NCBI GenBank assembly: GCA_963805625.1
Contig: CAWDVE010000017.1
Span: forward strand, 96,001-160,000
DNA: 64,000 nt
Direction: 5' to 3'
From: an uncultured Candidatus Rokubacteria bacterium
GTDB taxonomy: Bacteria; Methylomirabilota; Methylomirabilia; Rokubacteriales; DASRDR01
Shown in pieces: positions 9,397-24,544 of the stretch. The notes beneath the pieces were generated by a model. The model was given only the letters and a program-made list of their open reading frames with translations. It had not been told where the DNA came from and did not search any database. Within the stretch, counting starts at the first letter, position 1, and every line of letters starts with the position of its first letter. Both the position numbers and the translations under genes were made by a program.

Positions 9397-10436
9397 TCAG
9401 GCCGGCGGGATCAGGCCCATCCGGCGCTTCATCTCGGCGAGCTTCGGCTCGGCGATCGCGCGGGCGCGCTCCGCGCCGCGGGCCAGGAGCCGGTCGAGCT
9501 CGGCCGGATCCCGCATCAGCGCCGCGTGGCGCTCCCGGATCGGCGTCAGCTCGGCGACGACGGCATCGGCGACCCGACGCTTCAGGTCTCCGTAGCCCCG
9601 GGCGGCGGCGAAGTCGGCCTCCACGGCGGCGGCTGCTTTTCCCGTCACGGTCTGGTAGATGCCGAGGAGGTTACTCACGCCCGCCCGGGCGGGGTCGTCC
9701 GAGAAGCGGATCTCGTTTCCCGAGTCGGTGACCGCCCGGGCGACGGTCCGCCGGATCTCGTCCGGCTCGTCCAGCACGCGGATGGCATGGCCCGGGACGT
9801 GGGCGTGGCTCTTCGACATCTTGACGGCCGGATCGTCGAGGCTCATGACCCGCGCCCCCGCCTCGGGGATGACCGCGGTCGGCAGGACGAAGAGGCTTCC
9901 GTGGAGCCGGTTGAACCGCTCGGCGATGTCGCGGGCCAGCTCGACGTGCTGCTGCTGGTCCTCGCCCACCGGCACCTCGTCCGTGTCGTAGAGGAGGATG
10001 TCGGCCGCCATCAGGACGGGGTAGGCGAGGAGGCCCGCGCCCACCGACTCGTGCCGCGCCGCCCGATCCTTGTACTGCGTCATCCGCTGAAGCCAGCCGA
10101 GCGGGGTGATGCAGGTGAGGAGCCACGCGGCCTCCGCGTGGGCGCGGACATGGCTCTGCAGGAAGAGAGTGCACTGGCCGGGGTCGAGGCCGGCCGCCAG
10201 CAGGAGGGCGGCGAGCGAGCGGGTCTGTCGCCGGAGGTCTTCGGCGTCCTGGGGCACCGTGAGCGAGTGAAAGTCGACGATGCAGAAGTAGTTCTCTTTC
10301 TCCCGCTGCCCGTCGACCCAGCGCTTGATCGCGCCGAGGTAGTTGCCGAGGTGGACGTCCCCGGAGGGCTGGATGCCGCTGAAGACGCGCCGGCGCTGCG
10401 CCGGGCTCCCGCTGCCGGGCCGGCTCCCCGGTGGGA

Positions 10437-10461
<25 letters not shown>
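9397..10461 (-). CDS. trpS: Tryptophanyl-tRNA synthetase
   Basis: [38 protein letters not shown]; exact start uncertain. Confidence 0.96.
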
Positions 10462-11062
<601 letters not shown>

Positions 11063-11063
<1 letters not shown>

Positions 11064-12565
11064 CACGGCCTCCCGCCGGTCCGGCCGGCCCGCTCGATCG
11101 CCGCCATGAGGGCCCGCGCCTTGGCGACGCATTCCTCCTGCTCCCGCTCCGGCACCGAGTCGTAGACGACGCCGGCGCCGGCCTGGACGTAGGCCGTGCC
11201 CCGCCGCACGAGCACGGTCCGGATCGTGATCGCCGTGTTGAGCGACCCGTCGAAGCCGAAGTAGCCGACACACCCGGCGTAGGGCCCCCGGGCCACGGGC
11301 TCCAGGTCGTCGATGATCTCCATCGCCCGCACCTTCGGCGCCCCGCTCACCGTCCCGTGCGGGAACACCGCCTGGAGCACCTCCCACGGCGAGCGGCCCG
11401 GCGCGAGGGCGCCCTCGACGTGCGAGACGAGGTGCATCACGTGGGAGTAGCGCTCGACCGACAGGAGCTCGCTCACCTGGACCGAGCCGTACCGGGCGAC
11501 GCGGCCCACGTCGTTCCGGGTGAGGTCGACGAGCATCACGTGCTCGGCACGCTCCTTCGGGTCGGCAAGGAGCGCGCGGGCGAGCGCCTCGTCCTCCTCG
11601 CGGTCGCGGCCGCGCGGGCGCGTGCCCGCGAGCGGCCGCATCTCGATCCGGCCGTCCTCGAGCCGGACGAGGCGCTCGGGGGAGGACCCCACGAGCGTCG
11701 CCCCGTCCCCGGCGTCGAGGAGGAACATGTACGGCGAGGGATTCACCACGCGGAGGGCGCGGTAGATCGCGAGGGGGTCGAGCCCGGGGACCGGCGTGGC
11801 AAAGCGCTGCGAGAGGATCACCTGGTAGATGTCGCCGGCCCGGATGTGCTCCTGAGCGCGCTCCACGGCCGCGCAGTAGGCGTCGGGGGCCCAGTTCGAC
11901 CGGGGCGCCAGCGTGGTCGCCACCGCCGCCGGCTCGGGCGGCCGGGGGCTCCGGAGCCGTTCGAGGACCTGGTCGATCCGCTCGCGCGCCCGTGCCTCGG
12001 CCGCCTCGGCGCGCCCGTCCTCGTCGAGGAAGGCGTTCGCGACGATGCGCATCGTGTGGCGCCGGTGGTCGAATGCCACGATCGTGTCCATGAGCGCCAG
12101 GCGGAAGACGGGAAGGCCGAGGTCGTCGGCCGGCCGGCCGGGGAGCCGCTCCCACAGGCGCACCGCGTCGTACGCGAGGTAGCCGAGGAAGCCGCCCGTG
12201 AAGGGCGGGAGCTCCGGATCCCGCGCCGCGCGGTAGCGCCCGAGGTACCGCTCGAGCGTCTCGAGGGGGCGCCCCCGCTCGAGCAGGGTGCCGTCGGGCC
12301 GGAGGACCCGTACCTCCGCGCCGTCACACTCCAGCACGAGGCGGGGATCCCCGCCGAGGACCGAGAAGCGCGCGACCTGCTCCGGCCCTTCCACGCTCTC
12401 GAGGAGGAAGCTCGAGGGGAGGTCGCGCAGACGGAGGTACGCGGAGATGGGGGTCTCCAGGTCGGCGAGCAGCTCGCGCGAGACGGGCACCACGTTGGGG
12501 GCGCCCGCCCGCGCGGCGCGCGCGCCCGGGGCGGAGACCGACGGCGGCTCGGCACGGGTCGACAT
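11063..12565 (-). CDS. trpE: Anthranilate synthase component I
   Basis: FLLES and NPSPYM (Trp feedback site motifs), [27 protein letters not shown]; AAAGGAG SD before ATG 12565. Confidence 0.93.
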
Positions 12566-12593
12566 CGACGGCTCCTTTCGCGTCACAGAAACC

Positions 12594-12635
12594 AAAAAAG
12601 CCGGGCTCGCGGGGACCGTCCCGCTCACCTCGGCT
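12594..12635 (-). terminator. Attenuator intrinsic terminator upstream of trpE
   Basis: AGCCG...GCGGG-ACGGTC-CCCGC...CGGCT hairpin followed by a U-tract. Confidence 0.82.
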
Positions 12636-12670
12636 CTGAACTGTCCTGCTCTCGCTACGTCCGGTGATCG

Positions 12671-12772
12671 CTACGCGGGTCCTGGTCCCTCCTGGGTAGA
12701 GCGGCGCCACGAGCGCCACGACCACCGGCGCTGCATCGTCGACCGCCCGGTTCTGCGTGCTCCCTGGGACAT
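12671..12772 (-). CDS. trpL: trp leader peptide MSQGARRTGRSTMQRRWSWRSWRRSTQEGPGPA (alternative start 12736)
   Basis: Three TGG codons within six codons, lying between the promoter and the terminator upstream of trpE. Confidence 0.8.
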   Translation of the reverse strand: MSQGARRTGRSTMQRRWSWRSWRRSTQEGPGPA

Positions 12773-12782
12773 CGTGCCAAGG

Positions 12783-12811
12783 ACCTTATGGGCCTAGACG
12801 CCGCCTGTCAA
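12783..12811 (-). promoter_or_regulatory. trp operon sigma70 promoter
   Basis: TTGACA(12811-12806)-N17-TAAGGT(12788-12783). Confidence 0.75.
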
Positions 12812-12978
12812 GCCCGATGTGCTGACGGGAGCCGGGCCGCAGGCCGGCGTCGCGCTCACCCACCGACCGGGCGGCCGCGCGGAGCCCGTCACCCTCCGCC
12901 GCGCCTCCGGCGGCCCCTCGCGACGAACCACACTGCCGTCCCGCCGCCGGAAACACCACACTGGGCATCCCTGGCGCG

Positions 12979-13431
12979 TCACTCCTTGTCCTCTTCGAGC
13001 CTCTCCACGTCCGCGAGGTCCCGGAGTCGACCGGTCGCCCGCTTGTTCCGGATGAGTGTATCCCGGTCGAGGAAGGGGACCTCCAGGGAGCCGACCTGGT
13101 GCACCACGCGGGAGCGCCAGGCGCTCTCGAAGTCGACACCGGTCAGCGCCGTGAGGATGTCGATGCGCCGAGGAGGCAGCCCGATCTGCAGGACCAGACC
13201 GGGGCGCGCGAGATCGCCAGGACCTGCACCCACCGTCTCCATCGGCGCGCCAAACCGGGTGAGCGCCCGCCACACGCGCTCGGCGTTGACCGGATCCGGG
13301 AGAACCCAGATGTCGAGATCCCCCGTCGCCCGGGGCACGCCGTGGACGGCGAGGGCGTGGGCCCCGACCACCAGGAAGCGCGCGCCGCTCGCCAAGAGGG
13401 CTGCGAGCACATCCTGGAAGTCTTCGTTCAC
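12979..13431 (-). CDS. Small nucleotidyltransferase-fold protein (AbiEii/DUF6036-like)
   Basis: VVGAHALAVHGVPRATGDLDI (G..A...R.T.D.D), RIDIL, K.ATGR.RDLAD; GTG start overlaps upstream stop (GTGA). Confidence 0.8.
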   Translation of the reverse strand: MNEDFQDVLAALLASGARFLVVGAHALAVHGVPRATGDLDIWVLPDPVNAERVWRALTRFGAPMETVGAGPGDLARPGLVLQIGLPPRRIDILTALTGVDFESAWRSRVVHQVGSLEVPFLDRDTLIRNKRATGRLRDLADVERLEEDKE

Positions 13432-13688
13432 GTGGCCGTCCCGGGCCTCCGACGATCGAGCCGACCGAGGCGAACCGGAGCCGCGGTCCGCGCATAAGCG
13501 GGCATCGGTCGGCCGCTCAGCATCCAAGCCTCGACCGTCAGAGACCAGACCATCGCCAGCCGCTCTTCGGGTGTCGTGGAATGGTCGAGGGCATCCCGTG
13601 GCTCGGCGCCGAGGGTGAAGATCCGCACCGGCCAAGTGCGACGGGACGTCGCCCTGGACGCGGTTCCCGAGGCGTCGGCGCTCGGCAT
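13428..13688 (-). CDS. Small hypothetical protein, putative partner/antitoxin of the nucleotidyltransferase
   Basis: 86 aa, TPEERLAMVWSLT..AW; TATAAT 6 nt before ATG (leaderless); coupled to the NTase. Confidence 0.65.
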   Translation of the reverse strand: MPSADASGTASRATSRRTWPVRIFTLGAEPRDALDHSTTPEERLAMVWSLTVEAWMLSGRPMPAYARTAAPVRLGRLDRRRPGTAT

Positions 13689-13889
13689 GGCGGGATTATA
13701 CCTCCGGGCTGACGGCATGACGGACGGACGTGCGCGCCCGCTCCACGGCTTGGGTCCCGGTCCGCGTCCTCACACCCTGGTTTGACCCGGCGCTATAATG
13801 GCGCGATCTTACGACCCGTCCGAGACCGGGCGCGCCTTCCCGGCTCGGGGTCGTATCAGCAGAATGGACGATCGGAACCGGAGCGGGTG

Positions 13890-19748
<5,859 letters not shown>

Positions 19749-19795
19749 TCGAAGAAACCGAGCGGAGCCACCGCGCGAGCGGCGAGGAACGGAGC

Positions 19796-20161
19796 GTGGC
19801 CAAGCGCATCCTGGTCGTCGAGGATCACGAGGAGAATCGCCAGATCATGCGCGACCTCCTGACGCACGCGGGCTACGAGATGGTCGAGGCCCACACCGGC
19901 GAGGACGGCGTGATCGCGGCCGGCCGGGAGCGCCCGGATCTCATCCTCATGGACATCCAGCTGCCGGGCATCGACGGCTACGAGACGACCCGACGGATCA
20001 AGGCGGACCCCACGCTCCGCGCGATCCCGATCATCGCCGTCACGTCCTACGCGCTCTCCGGCGACGACCAGAAAGCCCTTGCCGCCGGCTGCGACGCCTA
20101 CGTGACGAAGCCCTTCAGCCCGCGTGCGCTGCTGGGAAAGATCCGCGGGTACCTCGGATGA
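19796..20161 (+). CDS. Single-domain response regulator (DivK/CheY-like)
   Basis: ILVVED, DLILMDIQLP, AVTS, YVTKP. Confidence 0.93.
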   Translation: MAKRILVVEDHEENRQIMRDLLTHAGYEMVEAHTGEDGVIAAGRERPDLILMDIQLPGIDGYETTRRIKADPTLRAIPIIAVTSYALSGDDQKALAAGCDAYVTKPFSPRALLGKIRGYLG

Positions 20162-20165
20162 CGCG

Positions 20166-21281
20166 GTGAGGACACCGCCGCGCCTCCTGATCGCCGATGA
20201 CAACCCGCTCAACGTCGACATCCTCCGGACCCGGCTCGCCACCCAGGGCTACGAGGTGCTGACGGCGAGCGACGGCGAAGCGGCGCTGGTGCTCGCGCGC
20301 GCGCAGCAGCCCGATCTCCTCCTCCTCGACGTCATGATGCCGGGGCTCGATGGGCTCGAGGTGTGCCGCCGCCTGAAGGGCGACCCCGCGCTCCCGTTCA
20401 TGCCGGTCATTCTCGTCACCGCCAAGGCCGACTCGCGGGACGTCGTGGCCGGCCTCGACGCGGGCGCGGACGAGTACCTGACGAAGCCGGTGGACCAGGC
20501 GGCGCTGGTCTCGCGAGTGAAGTCGATGCTCCGGATCAAGGCGCTTCACGACACGGTCGAGGAGCAGGCGTCGGCCCTCGGCGAGTGGAACCGCACCCTT
20601 GAGAGCCGCGTGCGCCAGCAGGTCGAGGAGCTCGAACGGCTCGGGCGCCTCAAGCGCTTCTTCTCGCCGCACCTCGCCGACGCGATCGTCCAGGGCGGTG
20701 CCGAGGACCCCCTCCGGACGCACCGGCGCGAGGTGACGGTGGTCTTCGCCGACTTGCGGGGGTTCACGGCGTTCGCCGAGGCGGCCGAGCCCGAGGAGGT
20801 CATGGCGGTCCTCCGCGAGTACCACGGCGAGATGGGCCGGCTCATCCTGGCCCACGAGGGGACGCTCGAGCGGTTCACGGGCGACGGGCTCATGGTGTTC
20901 TTCAACGATCCGATTCCCGTGCCCGACGCCCCGGAGCGGGCGGTGCGCATGGCGGTCGCCATGCGCGATCGCGTCGCCGAGCTCGCCGCGAAGTGGCGAC
21001 GCGAGGGCTACGAGCTCGACCTGGGTCTCGGCATCGCCCGGGGCTACGCGACACTCGGCGCGATCGGCTTCGAGGGACGCTGGGACTACGCGGCGCTCGG
21101 GACGGTGACGAACCTGGCGGCGCGGCTCTGCGGCGAGGCCCGGCCGGGGCAGATCCTCGTGGCCCACCGCGTCCTGGCGGCGCTCGACGAGCTGGTGGAC
21201 GTGGAGCCGCTGGGGGAGATCGCGCTCAGGGGCTTCCTGCGACCTGTCCCCGTCTTTAGGGTGGCGCGGCTGCGGCGGTAG
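20166..21281 (+). CDS. Receiver domain fused to class III nucleotide cyclase
   Basis: REC (IADD, LLDVMMP, TKP); FADLRGFT, RFTGDG, TNLAARL cyclase motifs; start re-called to GTG 20166. Confidence 0.92.
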   Translation: MRTPPRLLIADDNPLNVDILRTRLATQGYEVLTASDGEAALVLARAQQPDLLLLDVMMPGLDGLEVCRRLKGDPALPFMPVILVTAKADSRDVVAGLDAGADEYLTKPVDQAALVSRVKSMLRIKALHDTVEEQASALGEWNRTLESRVRQQVEELERLGRLKRFFSPHLADAIVQGGAEDPLRTHRREVTVVFADLRGFTAFAEAAEPEEVMAVLREYHGEMGRLILAHEGTLERFTGDGLMVFFNDPIPVPDAPERAVRMAVAMRDRVAELAAKWRREGYELDLGLGIARGYATLGAIGFEGRWDYAALGTVTNLAARLCGEARPGQILVAHRVLAALDELVDVEPLGEIALRGFLRPVPVFRVARLRR

Positions 21282-21384
21282 GGCCGCAGGTCCATCAGAG
21301 ACGAGCGGGCCGCGCCTCGCGCGCCTTGCGAGGCGCTGGGCCGTGGCGCGGGCGAGCGCGGTAGAATCGCAGCAGGAGGAGTCC

Positions 21385-21582
21385 ATGAAATACAAGATCG
21401 CGTTGCGTAAGAGCGAGGAGGGCTATAGCGTTTCAGTTCCCGGATTGCCGGGCTGCTGGTCGCAGGGGGCCACGGAGGAAGAGGCAATCCGGAATATTCA
21501 GGATGCCATTCAGGAGTATCTTGTCGCGCGCGACGAGCTTCTGGAAGGGGCCGTGGTCCGCGAGGTCGAGGTCGCCTCGTAG
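21385..21582 (+). CDS. hicB: HicB-family antitoxin (short, no DNA-binding domain)
   Basis: YSVSVPGLPGCWSQGAT.EEA..NI.DAI; GGAGGAG SD; TAGAAT -10 at 21362. Confidence 0.9.
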   Translation: MKYKIALRKSEEGYSVSVPGLPGCWSQGATEEEAIRNIQDAIQEYLVARDELLEGAVVREVEVAS

Positions 21583-21585
21583 AAC

Positions 21586-21798
21586 GTGCCGAGAATGCCG
21601 GGAGTCAACCATCAGGACGCAGTGCGAGCTCTGGAGAAGGCAGGCTTCCGAATCGTCCGGCAGGAGAAGCACATCGTGATGAGCGACGCCGTCCGGATCC
21701 TCACCATTCCAAGGCACAATCCCGTGAACGCCTTCACGATGGGTGGCATTGTGCGAGATGCGGGGCTCAGCGAAGACGAGTTTCGCGCGCTGCTGTAA
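21586..21798 (+). CDS. hicA: HicA-family toxin
   Basis: ALEKAGFRIVRQ.KH, TIPRH, I.RDAGLS.DEF. Confidence 0.88.
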   Translation: MPRMPGVNHQDAVRALEKAGFRIVRQEKHIVMSDAVRILTIPRHNPVNAFTMGGIVRDAGLSEDEFRALL

Positions 21799-21867
21799 CT
21801 ACGCTTCGCTGGGGCGCCGTAAAGGGGGGCTCGCGGCGTTTCGCCGCCTGTGGCATGGTATGGCGTC

Positions 21868-22650
21868 ATGCCGCAGGCCGCCGATCCCTTGTCCTCTTTC
21901 TGGGACGATGTCGGCGCGAACTTTCCGTCGCTGAAGGGCGCGCCGTCCACGGCCTACTACTTCGATTGTGAGCGCTGGCTCTTCGAGACGTACCTCCCCA
22001 AGCTCCGAGACCTCGTCGTCTTCAAGACCGACCTCTGGGACGAGGCGAAGAACACCGAGATCCTGCGGTGGGCGGCCGATCGCGGCGCCCGTCCGATGGG
22101 CGTCGACGTGTCGATCGACGTCGTGCGGGAAGCGGGCAAGGTGCTGCACGCCCATCGCCCGGGTTTCATTGTCGGCGACGTGCGGGCGATCCCGTTCCGG
22201 GACGGCGCGGTTGACGCGGTCTACTCGATGGGAACGATCGAGCACTTCCAGGAATACGCCCAGGCGGTCCGGGAGATCTTCCGGGTCCTCAAGCCGGGCG
22301 GGACGGCCATCGTCGGCGTGCCCAACAAGCTCGATCCGTTCCTCAGGCCGCTCCTGGTCCACGTGCTGAACCTCGTGGGGCTGTACGGCTACGGGATGGA
22401 GAAGTCGTTCACGCCCGCCGCGCTCCAGCGCCTGCTGGAGTCGGCCGGCTTCCGCGTCACCGCGCGGACGGGCATCCTCTTCATCCCCGGCTGGCTCCGG
22501 ATGCTGGAGTTGTGGCTCTACACGCGGCACTCCCGGCTCACCGGCGCCACGACCCCGCCCGTCCGCTTGTTCGCCTGGCTGTACCGGCGGTTCCCCGCCG
22601 TCCGGCGCCACGGCTACCTGACCGTCTGCGTGGCGGAGCGCCCGGCCTGA
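21868..22650 (+). CDS. Class I SAM-dependent methyltransferase (divergent motif I)
   Basis: GVDVS, GDVRAIPFRDG..DAVYS.GTIEH, EIFRVLKPGG. Confidence 0.82.
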   Translation: MPQAADPLSSFWDDVGANFPSLKGAPSTAYYFDCERWLFETYLPKLRDLVVFKTDLWDEAKNTEILRWAADRGARPMGVDVSIDVVREAGKVLHAHRPGFIVGDVRAIPFRDGAVDAVYSMGTIEHFQEYAQAVREIFRVLKPGGTAIVGVPNKLDPFLRPLLVHVLNLVGLYGYGMEKSFTPAALQRLLESAGFRVTARTGILFIPGWLRMLELWLYTRHSRLTGATTPPVRLFAWLYRRFPAVRRHGYLTVCVAERPA

Positions 22651-22743
22651 CGCACCCCGGGGCCCCGCGGCGCGCTCGCGCGACGTGATCGCGGGCCCGC
22701 GCGGCCGGGCGCGCGGGGCCCGATGCTATACTCGATTCCTGCC

Positions 22744-24078
22744 ATGAACGTCCACCTCGTGAGCCTCGGCTGCCCCAAGAACCAGGTCGACGGTGAGCTG
22801 ATGCTCGGGCTGCTCGCCAGGGACGGGGTGGCCCCTGTGGCCGCGGCCGAGGCCGCCGACTGCGTCGTCGTGAACACCTGCGCGTTCATCGACCGGGCCA
22901 AGCAGGAATCGATCGAGACGATCCTCGAGCTGGCGGCGTGGAAGGCCCGGGTCCCGGGCCGGCGCCTCGTCGTCACCGGGTGCCTCCCCCAGCGTTACGG
23001 CGCCGAGCTCCTGTCCGAGATGCCGGAGATCGACGCGCTCGTCGGGACCGGGGAGCTGCCGCGCATCGTGGACGTGGTCCGCCGGCTGGACACGCGCGAC
23101 GCCTGGGTCGCGGGCGCCCCTCCGGGATACGTGTACCGGGCCGATGCCCCGCGGGTGCGTCTCGGCCAGGTGCCGTACGCCTACGTGAAGATCGCCGAGG
23201 GCTGCAACATGGGCTGCACCTTCTGCGCGATCCCACTCATGCGCGGACGTCACCGGAGCCGTCCGCTCGCCGACGTCGTGGCCGAGGTGGCGGCGCTCGC
23301 GCGGGACGGCGTCCAGGAGGTGGTGCTGGTCTCCCAGGATACCCTCGCGTGGGGGAAGGACCTGCCCGGCGGGCCGGGGCGATCGGACTTCGGCGACCTG
23401 CTCCTCGCGCTCTCCGAGACGGCGGTCCCGTGGCTCCGCTATCTCTATCTCCACCCGGCGCACGTGACGGACGGGCTCGTCCGGAAGCTCGCACGGGCCC
23501 GGGCGCTCCCGTACGTGGACATGCCGATCCAGCACGCCGACGACGGCGTGCTGCGCGCCATGCGGCGCGGGGTGACGCAGCGGCGCATGGCGGAGATCGT
23601 CGCGACGCTCCGGGACGCGATCCCGGACGCGACGCTCCGGACGACCGTGCTCGTCGGCTTCCCGGGCGAGACCGAGGCGGCCTTCGAGACGCTTCTCGCG
23701 TTTCTCGACGACACGCGCTTCGATCGCGTCGGGAGCTTCGTCTACTCCGCCGAGGAGGGCACGCCGGCGGCCGTGCTGCCGGCTCCGGTGCCGGTGGAGG
23801 TTGCCGAGGAGCGGGCGCGGCTGGTCCAGGAGAGCCAGGACCGCCTGGCCTGGGAGCGCCAGGCTGTGCTGGTGGGCTCGGTCCACGAGGTGCTGATCGA
23901 CGGCCCGAGCGAGGATCCAGCCTTCGCGTGGGAGGGTCGGACGGCCGCCCAGGCGCCGGAGATCGACGGGGTGGTGTATCTCCGGGATCGGGACCTCGCC
24001 CCCGGCCGTCGCGTCCCCGTGGAGATCGTCGAGGCCGACGGCTACGATCTTGTCGGGACCCTCGTCCGCCACCGCTGA
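22744..24078 (+). CDS. rimO: Ribosomal protein uS12 methylthiotransferase
   Basis: SLGCPKN, NTCAFI, CNMGCTFC radical-SAM motif, GFPGET, APEIDG TRAM domain; TGcTATACT 11 nt upstream. Confidence 0.95.
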   Translation: MNVHLVSLGCPKNQVDGELMLGLLARDGVAPVAAAEAADCVVVNTCAFIDRAKQESIETILELAAWKARVPGRRLVVTGCLPQRYGAELLSEMPEIDALVGTGELPRIVDVVRRLDTRDAWVAGAPPGYVYRADAPRVRLGQVPYAYVKIAEGCNMGCTFCAIPLMRGRHRSRPLADVVAEVAALARDGVQEVVLVSQDTLAWGKDLPGGPGRSDFGDLLLALSETAVPWLRYLYLHPAHVTDGLVRKLARARALPYVDMPIQHADDGVLRAMRRGVTQRRMAEIVATLRDAIPDATLRTTVLVGFPGETEAAFETLLAFLDDTRFDRVGSFVYSAEEGTPAAVLPAPVPVEVAEERARLVQESQDRLAWERQAVLVGSVHEVLIDGPSEDPAFAWEGRTAAQAPEIDGVVYLRDRDLAPGRRVPVEIVEADGYDLVGTLVRHR

Positions 24079-24541
24079 GGGGCCCGCGCCGGCGGGCCTC
24101 GGTTCGCAGCTGGCCCGCTGGATCGCGACCGTCGGAGGGCTCGGTTACGCGCCCTTCGCTCCCGGCACCGTCACCAGTCTCCCCGTCGCCCTCGCCGTCT
24201 GGTGGTTCCGGCCCGGCGATGTGGCCCTGCTCGGGGCGACGGCAGTGGTGTCGGTGATCGGGATCTGGGCGGCCAGCCGGGAGGAGGCACGCGTCGGGTC
24301 GAAGGATCCCCGGGCCATCGTCATCGACGAGGTCGCCGGGATGCTGATCGCGTGCTACGGGCACCCGCGCACCTTGCCCTGGGTCCTCGGGCTGTTTCTG
24401 GCCTTCCGGGTCTTCGACGTCGTGAAGCCGCTCGGCATCGCCAAGCTGCAGGATCTGCCCGGTGGGCTCGGCGTGGTGGCGGACGACCTGCTCGCCGGTG
24501 TCTATGTGAGCCTCCTCGGTCAGCTGCGCCATCTCGTCTGA
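24050..24541 (+). CDS. pgpA: Phosphatidylglycerophosphatase A
   Basis: APGT, DP..IVIDEVAG, FRVFDVVKP, GVVADDLLAG. Confidence 0.93.
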   Translation: MSGPSSATAEGPAPAGLGSQLARWIATVGGLGYAPFAPGTVTSLPVALAVWWFRPGDVALLGATAVVSVIGIWAASREEARVGSKDPRAIVIDEVAGMLIACYGHPRTLPWVLGLFLAFRVFDVVKPLGIAKLQDLPGGLGVVADDLLAGVYVSLLGQLRHLV

Positions 24542-24544
24542 CCC

